Both the position numbers and the translations under genes were made by a program. A stretch of DNA of 64,000 nt from Phoronis australis (lineage: Eukaryota; Animalia; Phoronida). The stretch covers positions 255,969-319,968 of the forward strand of contig NMRA01000503.1 of NCBI GenBank assembly GCA_002633005.1, in the 5' to 3' direction. This document shows positions 1 to 28,988 of this stretch, one piece after another (positions within the stretch are counted from its first letter, which is position 1; each line of letters begins with the position of its first letter). Below the pieces are notes generated by a model that saw only the letters and a program-made list of their open reading frames with translations, was not told the DNA's origin and ran no database searches.

Positions 1-1005
1 AGTAAGACTGATACTGTACAGTTAAGACATGCACCAGTGAACGGGACACCTTTCTGCACTTACAGAAAAGTCTCGGGGATATTCTGGTATTTCTGTACGG
101 GAAACAATACGAAAATGACTGGAGAACATTGTTTTGAAGAAATCAAGTTTCATATACATATAGGGGTGGTATACAGTGTGTTTTTATTTTTGTACGTTCA
201 GTGGTTCAGAGATAGATATCAAATAAATTGAAATTAAAATAATCTTTCTATTAAGACCCAGTAGAGAGAGAAGAAAAGGAGAGTTTATTTGATTAGAAAT
301 ATATTCCACTCGGCAATTGATTCGGTCACAGCAACACTGACTCCAAAGAACAACCACTCCGAAAAAACAATATTCTGAAAAAAATCACACCTCCCTCCAA
401 ATATGAACCCATTTGTTTCATTTAATCACAGTAATATGATACCGGTACACTTTCTTTTGGTCAACTTCAAGGTATATACCTTACAAGAGTCGTTAACTCT
501 AAAAAAGAGTAGAAACGTCAGAAACCAGCCGTAGTGGATTTCAGTGTCGAAATTTTAATTTTTTGCGCGGGCATTTTGATTCTAAGTAAGAAATTAATAA
601 TCCATTCCAGTGAAAGTGTGAGAAAGTTTATGAAGGCCGAGTTTGACTTGGAACATTTCGAGAAAATGTTCCCAGTTTTCTATGTTCCGCCAACCTCTCG
701 CTCTCGTTTGTTTCTTAGAGGCATAGCTTTGTTTATTACCCTGTACACCAAAGTACACAATTTCGTTTTCAACTGGAAATCAAAATTATTTATAAACTTT
801 AACACTGTTTTAACTGATGTTAAAGGCTTCGATATATTGTTAAACTTGATATCAACTACCATCCGTCTAATACGACGAATGGAAAAGATTTCCGAATGTC
901 GAAAGTCTACGTGTCAATACACATGCCTAGAGTTGCCGGAAAATATCGGAAAGCCACTTTTAGGGGACTTTCAGTTCAAAGTATTTTTTTTTTAATAATG
1001 TTTTT

Positions 1006-1249
1006 CATGCGCGCACCCAGGGGGAGGGGGGGCTCGGGGACTCAAATGAGTCCCCCATTTGGTGAAGTGGACAAAAAGGTCCGCCTCAGAGAAACAAAAA
1101 GTCCGAGAAAACGAGACAAAAGTCCACTGAAAAGGCAGACGCAAAGTGAAGGTGGTACCCCATTTTTAGTCCTCCCGCTTTTTTGTAAGCAAAAGGTCCA
1201 CATCGCCAAAAATTCGAGCCTCCCATATTAAAGGCTGGGTGTTCGCATA
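1006..1249 (+). mobile_element. MITE family A copy
   Basis: Termini CATGCGCGCACCCAG ... CTGGGTG(TT)CGCAT; internal sequence shared with copies at about 27600, 40179 and 43359. Confidence 0.8.
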
Positions 1250-2160
1250 TTTTAGATGAATATCAAATATGTATATGGTTTTATTATTTTTTTGAAAATT
1301 GGTTTACGATAGTTTTCGAGTCAAAAATAACAGAAAATCGTTGTTAGTAGTGATTTTTGGAATAATGGGCCTTCGGATTAGTGTATTTTTCGGAAGGGCA
1401 TACCCGTCACAAGTGCAAGCACAAGCCTAAATGCGCGTCAATAGCCTATCATCATTCAATTCTTGTGTTGCCTAGCAATAACGAAACAGATCTTCCGATT
1501 CTCAGTTTTCTGTGTTACTTCAGTATAAAAAATAGACGTGAATCAGTCGGCTACCGGGAATTTCGGAAAGTAGGCAAACCAGTCATGTGGGCGTGTTTTC
1601 GGAAAATTTCCCGAAACTATCCCATGGGCGTATTAACCGGTAAGTGTTTGGGATGTGTTTTGAAAAATCTGATAAATGATTCTTCTGATACATGTATGTT
1701 GATGTAAAATTTTGATTTTTGCAGACTTACATCGTGATTTCACTCAAATGACTATCATTAAACGAGATATCTTGAGTGACATTATTGGTCACTACGTGAC
1801 ACCATTGTGACGCTAATGAGCTATTTAATTCATTGGGACATTCAGTCACTGAACAGTGTTGTGAGAGAATCACTTTGAAACTCCATCATGAAATGTTTGA
1901 TAGTTTCCGAGAACAAGCCCTCCTTTCTGAAAATACGCCCGGGCCTATATTCGGTTGCATTTGTTCTTTTTGAAAGTTCGTTTTCAAAACCATATCCCGG
2001 CGCCCATAGCTCTGTTCAAAGACGTTAACTTTCTACGCCCGACGGTATTTTTTCTGTTTTCGCAAAATTCAGTCCCGGAACTTGCCCAAGAAAAGTCATA
2101 TTAGTCTCCTGCACAGACCCTCGAGCAATCCGTGACGTCACTTGTGAGGCCCGGGAACCA

Positions 2161-2436
2161 GGGCCCGGTCTCTAATCTTTGTACTCGAAACGAACTCGAA
2201 ACTATTTTTGGCAATTTCTCTGCTCCTTTTGTGCGAACTTAAGATAATTGGTTATCAGACTGAGCTCGAATACATTATAGTTGATGCATAGGAGTTTCTA
2301 GTTCAAGTTTGCCCTTGAAGACCCTTATATTCGTGCTACAAACTCGAGTAAAAACTCGAAATTTCGAGTTCAAACTCGAACTTATTGCTTTAATATTGGG
2401 TTTACAAACTGTGAACTAAGGGCAATAAATTATCTA
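2161..2436. mobile_element. Probable non-autonomous DNA transposon end, cut off by the gap
   Basis: Begins cag|ggcccggt like other CAG-flanked elements in the window and has repeated ACTCGAA/TTCGAGT subterminal motifs. Confidence 0.4.
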
Positions 2437-2530
2437 NNNNNNNNNNNNNNNNNNNNNNNNNNNNNNNNNNNNNNNNNNNNNNNNNNNNNNNNNNNNNNNN
2501 NNNNNNNNNNNNNNNNNNNNNNNNNNNNNN
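2437..2530. other. Assembly gap (run of N)
   Basis: Seen directly. Confidence 1.
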
Positions 2531-2669
2531 TTAGTAAAATCTACTGATTTTTAAGTGGTTTTAAAAAACAATCGGTAAACTCACCGATTTTTGTCTCATT
2601 ACTTTGATACGTGTCTCTTCCGATAAGTTAGTACCTAACGTGCAGACGAGAACTCCAAATTGGAACGCT

Positions 2670-2745
2670 AAGTCCCGCGTGGTTGCGCTGCACGCGAAAC
2701 AAGATGGCGGACGAACTTTGGAGCCTGACGAAAACAGGTAACCGG
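2670..2745 (+). promoter_or_regulatory. Putative MAPK7 promoter / first exon
   Basis: CpG-rich patch with YY1-type AAGATGGCGG (2701-2710) followed by donor ACAG|gtaacc at about 2737. CRE TGACGTCA at about 2133 and 3039. A second candidate first exon ends at CG|gtaagt (about 1640) after several CGGAA motifs. Confidence 0.4.
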
Positions 2746-4263
2746 ACGATACAGTTAGACAGTAGGCCTACCACCGTCTCAACTGGACCCAGTAGAGACG
2801 GTGGCCATCCCATAGGACCGTCAGCTTTTCGTCAAATTATACCTCACATTAATTAAACCATCAAAGACATGTTGCGCTAAGTTGCATTATAAATGGACAC
2901 ATCTTTAGCCGCTGATGTCTTACTCTTCTCAGCTTGAACGAATACAACCACAATCAAACCTTTTTTGGTCACTCAGCCCTTCGTTCAGTTGCCCAAATTA
3001 GTAATTGGCCATTTTTACACTGCTCTTACCAGGAAGTATGACGTCATGGTCCCTGGGACAGAGCCGGGCACCTTGCGTGAATGCAAATAAAATGACACGT
3101 CGTGACAAGTCAACTTGTAAAGCCTGGTCTCGAGTTCAACTACAAACTGTCAGTTCTCCCCTATCGCAGAAATCTCACCTATTTTGATTAAGGAACAATT
3201 TGAGATCAATTTTATATAGTTAAGACATAGTCAACAATTGTTTTTTGTGTCAGAAGGCTGGTTTATTGCTAATTGTGGTCTTGATTTGAATCTTGAAAAG
3301 AATTTGTAGTGGTTGGAGTATTTAACAATTAACATAAGCTGAAACATTGACTTCTATAAGTCCGTGAGAATGTGAAGGTGTAGGTGGTTTTCATAGGGAT
3401 TCCTTTGCTTATAAAATGTGCTTAAAACACTGTGTTCTGTGGGGGAATTCAAGCTAAGACACAATATAATGACATTGAACAGTTTTCTGTGTATGTACAA
3501 GGTATAAGGAACTCGGCTTCCTTCTACAGTTCAACATATGGCTTATCCTCATTCTTTGCTGTTGGGAGAATACAGTCAACTTTGCATAATATAGTCAGTG
3601 TTTTATGTTTTGACTTAAAGTGTTAAAGAAGGCTGTATATGAAATACCAAGGCACTGTTCATTTGTTATTCTAATACTTAGCTGTTCTGATATTCATCTT
3701 TATTCATAAAAGCAACACATTCTGTGCTCATCTATTCACGAATCCACAAGAGATAAGTCCAGAGATAATTAAACAAACCGTCTCAGCCAGGACCATAAAC
3801 CCTTTGTTAAGGTGTGTTTAGTTACACAGTCCAACTGGGACAGTTGTGTACTAAGATCAGAGTTCACAAAAAGAACTGCTTTCACTCTGTGCATTTCAAT
3901 TTCAGGCCTATTATGTGTCGACTACACCCATGATTTACAATGATCCCAAAAATTCTAAGACTATCACAGACTAGTTACCCCCTCCAAGCCCAAAATGACA
4001 GTTTGTGACAGAAAGGATAAGGTCAAGTGCTGAATTGCTTCACAGTTTGGTAGTTATCCTAAAATGCTTAGTTTAGTTTAGTATTGCTGAACTTCAGTCA
4101 ATTGAACATTTTGCAGCACCTCAGCTAAAATGCTTTGTTCACATGCACTGTTGAAGCTACCAGTTTTTACAGATTTCTGGTTGAACACAGACTGTTAGTA
4201 GAATTCAAAGCTTTACTAGTAGGCTTCAAGTTGTGTGCAACAAGTTTTATCATGGATTTATGA

Positions 4264-19951
<15,688 letters not shown>

Positions 19952-21811
19952 TTTTGTCGTTGAAAAAATGATTAGAGGAGTTATCCCCTGACCCTAGCGA
20001 TATTAATTTTATGACGAACTAAACTTAGTTTAGCTTCATGAAAGATTTTTTTGAGAAAAGATATTAAGATTCTGTTACCTTTAGTTAAACGCATCATTTT
20101 TTAACTGTTTACAGTCTTCCTATAGTATTTTGAAAAATGTCAACTTGTGCTCTGTGTGTTTTCGGCCCAAAGATTTAAAATAAGTGCAAAAGCGATCTGA
20201 AAGAAAATATCCAGTCAGCTAAACTTGACCCAAAGCAAGTACAACTTATTGATTTAGAAAGGGATCCACTTTCCTTTACCAGACTTTAAATATGCTAAAC
20301 TGAGCTAAGTACCTTTTAGATTGTCATACTACATGGATTTTTGTAAATATTCTTTTTAAGACTTGAGATCGTGTTGATCTTGTAAGAAATGCATTTTATT
20401 GCTTTCATTGAGTCTTGAATGAGCAGTTCTGATGAACTTGCCACTATTGTTGACTAAACTATTGTAGTGCCACCTTGTGGTGGTCATCAGTTCTAAGATG
20501 TTTTAAGTAGTATATTCATGTTGATAAAGAACTAGAGTCTTGTTGATTTTGTTATATTTTTTTTTGATTCATAAAAGTGACTCCGTTCACCACTAAAGGG
20601 TTGCATTGCTTTAAATATGTTCTAAAATTGCTTAGTTTTAACTGATGAAATCTTTTGTTTTTGAAATTCTTTGTGAGCATAGATACATACCAGGTTCATG
20701 GAAATAGCACCGGGATGTTTGTAGTCACAGAAACCATTTTTTCTTAAAAAGTTGTGTTTTTATGGAACTTGCTGCAACTTCTGGAATTGGAATCCATAAA
20801 CGTGAACATTTGTGCACAATAATTGCTAATACACATCAAGGATTTTCTTTTAAGGCCTTTTTGCCAGGGATCTGAGCTGTCATATGTTTTTGTGGTATGT
20901 TAAATCTTCAAATTTGAAAGCCAAGTTCTTGGGCCAAAAGGTCGTCTAAGAATATCCTGTGCACACTTTTGTAGGTAATAGAATTGAATAAACAAAACGT
21001 GTATGAAAAATTACATACCGTGAAGTTGCGTGGAGCTCTGTAACGACAATTTGTAGAAAAAAAACAAATGTCTAGGCACTGTTTCTGGTGTACCAAGTAT
21101 GTTTCTTTTTTCATCAAGAATTTTAAAAATATGGTTTCATGGGTTGAAACTGTTACTGAATAAAAATGTAACCCTTGGCCATCATTGAACTTCACCTTTT
21201 TAAATCCTATTTCGGGGTGTTTCTGAAGTCCATCAATCTGCCTGAATAACTCTTACCTTGTGTGAATGGTGAATTCCAACTGGTCTTTTTGTGACCAAGA
21301 TGTTGCTACAGTCTTTACAGGACACAGTCATGTTAGTCAATATGGCGTCATTTAGTAGATTGTTCTCTGTACTGCTAAGCAAGAATTTTAGTTCCATTTA
21401 CCCTTCTACCTCTTTTATTTACAAAACGGTGAACATTTGTTGTTTATTCTAGTAATTTGTACTCTTGGTGTAACCAGATGTTATTTTGATTTTGCACGTG
21501 TTAATGTCTCTTTCCCACTAATACCATAACTTCTCTGTTTGGAGGTGTTGTGGTTGGTGTGAAAGCATAAATCTCCGACTTAAAAACGGATATTGTCGTT
21601 TTTCGTGGCTGAATAACCAAAACACTTTTGGGGATTATTGTTGTGTGGGACTTATTAAGTTTTTAGCTTTGACCAGAGCTACAAACAATAAACTCTCTTG
21701 CTTTTTGGGATTTCATTACAAATTGACAATTCTTGCTGTTGTGTGTTAGACATTGGCTGAAATCGAAGCTGGTTGCACTACCTTTTTAATAGGGTTAAGA
21801 TACTTACTGAA

Positions 21812-21885
21812 TGAGATTTAGTTCAGTCAGTAAAAGTTGTTTGCCTGCCATGCGAGAATTTCTGGTTCGATTCCATGCTTAAGCT
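21812..21885 (+). pseudogene. Degenerate tRNA-Gly(GCC)-like sequence, probably a SINE head
   Basis: A-box-like TAGTTCAGTCAGTA, anticodon-arm-like GCCTGCCATGCG, B-box GGTTCGATTCC (21864-21874); acceptor stem does not pair. Confidence 0.5.
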
Positions 21886-23881
21886 GATCTGGGATAAAAG
21901 ATTTTCCTCGCCAATAATGTCACTTTAAACTGCCATGTTAACTTTTCAAAAATAGCTGGGTTAAAATGCGGAGTTGCAGTTAATACAGATAATTATGGTT
22001 CCTAGAGACTTTGACATATACATGCTGGTATTCGATGGAGAGCGCGAATCAACTGCGCCATCGTGTGTGTAATCGGAAAACTAACAACTCTGTTTCCTCA
22101 GAGCTGGGTGGGAACTGCCTATCCTACTTTTTCCTATTCTTTATGGAAAGTTGTTGGGAGGCCCGTATATCCTGTGTTGACGTTTTGTAGTCTTCAGATG
22201 AACTTTCGGAAAACTTGTATTTTACAGATTGTATCAGGGACTGAATAAAGTTGGTAGACTGTTATAGTTTTAAAAGGACACTAAACCCTCGAGGATTTAC
22301 ACCAAACCACGTTCTGTCACCTGTTAAAGCCTCATTGGCGTCAATCTTTCAAGTTAAACGCAGGAATCAATTAAAATTTCATACTCCCTGTGTCACAGAT
22401 TGAACATTGTGGTTCTTGGTGGGTGGTCTATTCCCACAGTCGTGTATTATTCGCTGAAAGCGTAGGTCACGCTTGGTGTTTTAAAGCAGACTTTGAAAGG
22501 AGTTATCAATTTTCCTCCAAACTTTTTGAGAATTGTGGGGGGGTTAATTGGCCAAAACTGGGTTTGGTATCCTTTTAAAGAATGCATATTTGCCTAATTA
22601 TGTGAACTGTTAATTGTGGATAATTGTTGTTAAATTATTGCCGTCAAATAAATGTCAAACGAATAATTGCTTTGTCTGTTGTATAATTATATAATGGTAT
22701 GTGGTTAGTCATGCAAATTGTCTGCTCAAACAAACCAGGGTCGATCGTTTTATTACTGGGTAATTATTCCAATGGGCGCCCAAAGCAAGTTAATTGCCTT
22801 CGAAAAAAATGACTGTTTGAAAAAAGTTACGCCACAAACTATAAAGACAGGAAATGTTCATTTAACATGAAATAATCATACATGTGGGTGCATTTCAGTT
22901 AAAACTAAGTTGCCGATTTTAGAACTTTAGAAATATTTAATTCACTTGGTTTTTAATTCCAAGAGCTGCAAAGCCACGCCATCACACAGTTTTTTTGAAA
23001 AATTTTGGACGAGAGTAAAATGAACCTGAAATAATAAAAAACGTACAGCAGTGCGACTAAGGTTTGGCAAGTACGACTGGCATGACGTTTTGTCAACTTG
23101 AAGGTCGTGAAGTTGGGCGGGGTAGCATCTTGAGCTGAATGATCGAAAAAGAAAACATCAAATTTTACTCAAACTCTGATACCAACTTCTGAAAGTGTGG
23201 ATCTGTTATATTTAGTTATCTCTTAAATGATACTAAACCCTGTTTTGGAGATTTCACCAAAATCTGGTTCTTTCACTTGCTGATGTACCATTAGTACATT
23301 CCCTGAGTGATAAGTATTTTTCGACCAAAGACAATGTCCCACTGTATCATAACTTGAATTTTGTGTTTTGAGATAGACGGTCTTTCCTCACAGTGGTCAT
23401 GTAACTCGCCTGAAGCGTTAGTCACGGTTATCTTTTTAACAGACTTAGTGAGATTTTCAAACTTGTACCAAACTTGGGAGTATAATGGCAACGTCAACAG
23501 GGCATTATTTCATTCTAAAGATTTAAATTCACAAGTCCTTTACGATATCTGCTAATAGTCCAAACCCGGGTTTAATATACTTTTAATTGGCTTACACTGA
23601 CGTATATCGCCATACACCAGTTTCTTTAAAGATGCTGTGAGCCCACGTTCATGGCGTCAAAGAAACAAACTTTTGATTTAGAATACTGACCATTATAAAT
23701 CTCGTGTTAACGTATAATTGTTCCTTAATTGCACACGTTTGAAAAGAACTGACACTTCGTCATTGTTTGAGACCAAGCTCGGCGCACCATGACCCGCCAC
23801 GTATCCCGGCCAGCAATTTTATCACATACAGTACAAAAACAACAACAATATTTCCGTGGTCACAAATCGTAATTGTAGCCT

Positions 23882-26065
23882 TTACAAGCTAAGCTTTTGA
23901 TATTGTTGATAATTTAGATATAAAAGAAATCCGTTGATGACATATGTTCCTATGCACACAAGGCAGAAGTCTTTGAGTTTGACGAACAGTATATAAGCCA
24001 GGTAGATGGAACCGATGATTGACAAGACAGACATATAATATCGCAGGTAAACGGCGAGTGGGTGTGAAACCATACCTGTAGAAGATGAAAACTTGTTATT
24101 AGAGAACTTGCAAGAATTCATTTAATTAATTGCTCTACAGCGACGAATAACAATGCAGCGTCGGGTGTCTCATAGTATTATTAATGCAACTGAGTACCTA
24201 CAATTTATTTCATTTGACTAACCTATGGTCTTGATTTTTTGCTCATCAAAATATTCTGTTTCAAATAGACTAAAGATTACAGTGAACTTAGTTTTCGATT
24301 ATATGATGACCGGAACATGAGCCTACATTTTCCTGCACTTTCGTTAATTTAAACAGTCAGCAGATCTTGAACTGAAGAAATGTTACCTAGTAAAATATTT
24401 GCAGAAGCTACAACGTAACATACTGTGTACTACTGTAAGCATGGGTTAGACGGAATCCATTCAGTGTCGGAGACAAAAACTTACCAAGAAGAAGCATACT
24501 ACTGTAGAAGATAATCCCAATGATGCTGTTTGGTTGGTTCATTACGTTTTTCTCCCCAAATAAGTATCGTGCCACTCCAAAACCGTTGCTGTATCTTCAA
24601 TCAAAGGGTAAAGTAAAAACGTTGATGTATGCGTTATATAGCAAACGATATTTTCACTCGGTACAGCTATTGGTGGTAACAGTGCTCCATTGTGTAGAAG
24701 TAAGAATCTCGCGAAAACCCAAGATGACGCAAGAAATTGTTATAAATTTCAGAAGAAGAATGTGCTCCCACTAGCATTTCTCGTGTGTTTCTTGCGTCTA
24801 CGGTACGCAACCCAGTGCCTGGTTGCACTAAAACAGTCCCAAATAGGGACTCAACTAAGGTCCCTAAATCTTTTACAAATTTGTGTCGTTCTTTACTCAC
24901 AGATATAACCTTTTTCTATCATTTTATCTTTATAATGAGCTACTCTTTGACTAATGACATTTTCTAACAGTATAACTAAAATCTGAGTCCTTAATTCAAT
25001 GAAAATAAATAGGGATTTAGTCCTTAAATTAAGGGCTTTACGTGAAAAGATCCCTACTTATTTTCAACAATAATATTATTGAGAATTCAACATAAAATTC
25101 ACTCGACTCGCTTAGCATCAAAGCCAAGAATTGGCTTAGTCATGGGACTAAAACAGCATAAGAAAGGACTATCAGTGTTTTCACAAGTCCACAAATACGC
25201 ATCAGATTTAGGGACCTTAGTTGAGTCCCCATTTGGCACCGTTTCATGCAACCGGGCACAGAACGCCACTATGCAGCTTCAAAACGTGCAGGACGATAAA
25301 CGTAGTGCGTCACTGGACTTTGCCGTTTGGGGAGGAGGGGGCAAATGATAGTTTTGCCCAATTTGCTCCTGCTTTGAACGAAATATTTCTTACTAGCTAG
25401 ATTGTTTGCATTTTTCACAATATTTGCCCGAGTCTAGGGTCAATTATACTCACTGCTTACTACACTACTTACATCAGTGCTTATAAAGCATTTGAGTCAA
25501 AATTTTGGCTTCTAACATTGAACACCGGCTATAGGATTGGGTACATAACAGACGCTAAAGTATCGATAAACATGAGAAAATGACGGGAAATGACTGACTG
25601 GGATACCGATGGAAGCCTAGTAGGCTATTATAGTAGATCGAGAGCAATGTTGACACCATTGTTGAGCAATGATTACAGCTAAATCAACGAATCCTAAATT
25701 TTGAGATCGGTCTGGGAATTTATATAATCTTCGAAAAGTGTCGTTTGTGAAACGTTCCAAGAATATTACTTATGCAATCTCTTTCGATCTCTGATCAGAA
25801 GCCAGTGCTTGAACACACCAGTAGCCTACCCCTTGTTAAGCTTGTGAAACAAGTACAGTTTGATCGACGATACACGGTGCAATGACAGCTGCATACAGGT
25901 AAACACTTACTCCGACGTCAACACTCTTGAGCAACTCATGTGTTCGTTGAAATCACAGGCGGCGACATATGCTGGGTCCTTGGTTTTTCTCACTTTCACG
26001 TAGACGGAGTAAGAGGAGACGAAAATACCCAAGGCACAAATAACCGTATGGTTCTCTACGACCAT
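23882..26065 (-). CDS. VKORC1: Vitamin K epoxide reductase complex subunit 1-like, 3 exons, 152 aa
   Basis: Minus-strand exons 25911-26065 ([51 protein letters not shown]), 24485-24594 ([37 protein letters not shown]) and 23882-24075 ([10 protein letters not shown]...[14 protein letters not shown]...). Loop cysteine pair, GFG, NQPNS and catalytic CxxC (CLVC) are all present; total 459 nt, in frame. Exon 1 and exon 2 are missing from the ORF track. Confidence 0.95.
24816..25258. mobile_element. Harbinger-like MITE in VKORC1 intron 1
   Basis: cag|tgcctggttgcac...gggactcaactaaggtccctaaatct ... agatttagggaccttagttgagtccc...atgcaaccgggca|cag: about 55-bp TIRs and CAG TSD. Confidence 0.8.
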
Positions 26066-27478
26066 GTCGGCGTCAGGGGCTGATTCTGATGAACTGTTGG
26101 AAATGGATACAGAAATTGATGCCTCTCAACCAATCGCAACAGCCTCAAGTTACCGTATTTCGTATAATATATGCCCAGCTCAGAGTTTCGACGAGCGGGA
26201 AAACATTACACCTCAATAAAAATGGCTAAAAAGTGTGCATGTAAGTAATTTCTGTTTTTTTTTCTTCCAAACTTATCACTTGCTTACGCGCTCACAATGA
26301 TTAATCGCAACTCTTGAGAAGCATTGGCGTCTATATCATGCGAAGTGAGATTAAGAAAGACCGGTAATTAACGGTATATACCAGGCTGTGGTCACGTCAT
26401 ATTTAAAAATCTCGTAGAATAATCATCTCAGTTTCAAATGAGACTGTGGACCTGCCTACTTAGAGCATGTCTTCTAGGCGTTTTCCCTCACCCCTTTAAG
26501 ATGGGTAGGTCGGTAGATAAAACATTTTTCCACATTTAATTGTTAGAAAGCTCTCATTCTTGTTGTAAAAATACCAATTTCTCTACTACAGTTGAAATAT
26601 ACGTTCTTCCAGAATGCAATTGAAATGTTTCGAGTTGCTCACAAATTTTACAATCTAATCTAGTTTGCGTTCTATCGAAGGGTTCATACAAAGAAAGTTG
26701 TCAAAGGGTACTTAAAAATTCTTATCCTAAGTCCAACCATAGAATTTTTCTTATATGGGAAAGTTTTATACTTCCGTCGCTTACTGCCACTCATCTCGAT
26801 TGGCTGAAAAAAATACCAGCGGTTCACCCTCCTTGTACACCTATTTCCGGCTAATCGCGTGCGCTCATCTTCTGTGCAAACTCAAATGATAGCCATCAAC
26901 TCTATAAGAGTACGAGCGCAGTCTAATCAAGGAAAGTAAGATAGTTGCGTTGCATATTGTGTTGTGAAACGTTGAAATCACAGATACACTTCGTCAATAA
27001 TAGTACACGAACGATAGCAGGAAAAAAAACAAGGAATTGTTTTGTTTCTTTCTTCATGCAAACGAAGTCGACCAATGTTAATGAATAAATACAACAACGA
27101 AATACATTTCGAATTAAATACTAGGAGACCTTCAAACGATTTCTGACCGCTATCAAGAAAGCCCAGCCCCTATAAACTAGAAAACATAAAACAATAATTC
27201 TACAACATATATCTGGATTAAAATATTTAAAATAGTGCAATATAGATGTAGATTCAGGATATCAGAGTATGAGTGGTTTCATTCGTCTAGAACATCTATG
27301 CTACTAAATCGGGGTCGCTTTGAACGGAATAATCTTTCAGTGGAATCCCATTTTTTTTTCGTCAACTTACATACATGGTCTCAAGAAAAAGGCACAACGT
27401 ACGCGCTGTCAGTGGGATTAACACTATCAGTCCCAGGGACGACTGAGTTAAATTCCACTAGTGTCCACCAAGGACTTT

Positions 27479-27804
27479 GGCGGATCCAGGGAGGAGGTGA
27501 AGGGGTCCGGACCCCCCTTTTTCCCTGTGATATCAAATCTAGAATTTTCAAATTGTTGACTTGGCCTGTTGGACACCCTTTTTAAAAATCCTTGATAGAA
27601 CGAGCCCCCATTTGGCGAAGTGGGCAAAAAGGTCCAGAGAAACAAAAGTTCGAGAAAACGAGACAAACGTCCACTGAAAAGGCACAGACGCACAGTGAAG
27701 GTGGTACCCCGTTTTTTTTTAGTCCTCACGCTTATTTTGCCAGCAAAAGGTCCACATCGCCAGAAATTTGAACCCCGCCATGTTAAAGGCTGGGTGCGCG
27801 CATG
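27479..27804 (+). mobile_element. Chimeric MITE: family B 5' part joined to family A 3' part
   Basis: ggcggatccaggga...gatatcaaatctagaattttcaaattgttgactt matches 10244-10401; cgagcccccatttggcgaagtg...gggtgcgcgcatg matches 1006-1249. Confidence 0.7.
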
Positions 27805-28988
27805 AACTGTGTTGAGTTACCGCAGAGTATTGTACTGAAGAGATTTGCAACAATAACTGATAACTATACGCCAGCCAGGTGAGTCACATTACCATGATTA
27901 CAGTCGTAGGTGAACTCATTTCAAGAAGCAGTGACCAGAACCACGCCACTACCAGGTGTAGCGACCTTTAAGTGAAACTCGCAAAAACTCATTTCATCAT
28001 CCAAGTCTTACCTGTAGTTTTGACAACTGAATACACCACAGCGATCCAAGCGATCAAAAATGTCTGATGGCCAACTTAGCGAGGGAAAAAAGACCTTTAA
28101 TCTGAACGACAAAAGACCCGGATCTTTGTATCTCGATTATTACAGCACAGTGTATCCAAGTGCATTGACCTGAATGTATAAGTAGTCATGTTATTGTTCC
28201 GTGGCTACCTCGAACGGTGTTTACAAATCGCAGCCCCGCCAAATGCGCCAGACTCTTTACCTGTCTGATCGCCAGCAACCGCCACTAACATCTCGTAACA
28301 AGTGTCGCTGAGACTGAATTGAAACCCAATTGCCGAAACCAGCAGATTAACAAGACTATTTGAAAAATGTAATGTCTCATCTTTAAAATGTTTACAAATT
28401 AAATGACGAATATTGATCTGACCTGGTGCAAACATAAGGAAAAGTCAAAAACGACGCGATTAGTTTAGTCGGTTTATACTAGGACCAATTTCAAATATTT
28501 ATGCGATGATTTTCATGCCGTTAGAACTGAAACACATTAGGTATTCAAAAGAAAAGCGAAAACTATAAACGCATCTTTTTGAAAACACTTCATCCTGGGT
28601 AATTTTTTGAAACGCCGATTTCATTCAACTCGTGCCAGTTAACGTCATGCAACTCTTAAGAAACGCTGGCCGGGTATCAGTGGTTGAATTAACTTGTGTG
28701 GGCGAATTTTTTTGGCAACACGAAGATGTGTTTTGGCGGATCTAGAATGTAGAAGTAGGGCAACACGTTTTCGAAGAAAAACGCCCACATAGACCCTATA
28801 TTCTCCATGCCTATGCCTTCTTTGGTCGTTTCTGTAGGGGCATCTGGCTCTCCTGTCAACCCTCAATCCACCTATGAAAACGTATTTAGTGTTTTGGGTT
28901 ATGTAAGCGTATTCGTGATGACGTACAAAACGACACGAAAACGATACTCGTGAATAAAAAGTTTGAAAACGCGAACAAAACGTTGCGA

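Noticed and set aside
896-1231. Basic ORFs similar to ORFs at 27620, 40062 and 40163
   Set aside because: The similarity comes from copies of non-coding MITE family A.
24385-24450. Possible alternative exon in VKORC1 intron 2 (minus-strand donor CTAG|gtaac)
   Set aside because: The three-exon model already gives a complete VKOR, and this segment shows no homology to it.
28205-28435. ORF with CKHF resembling a THAP motif
   Set aside because: Lacks the N-terminal C-x-x-x-x-C, the conserved P and W, and the AVP box; no supporting transposase sequence.
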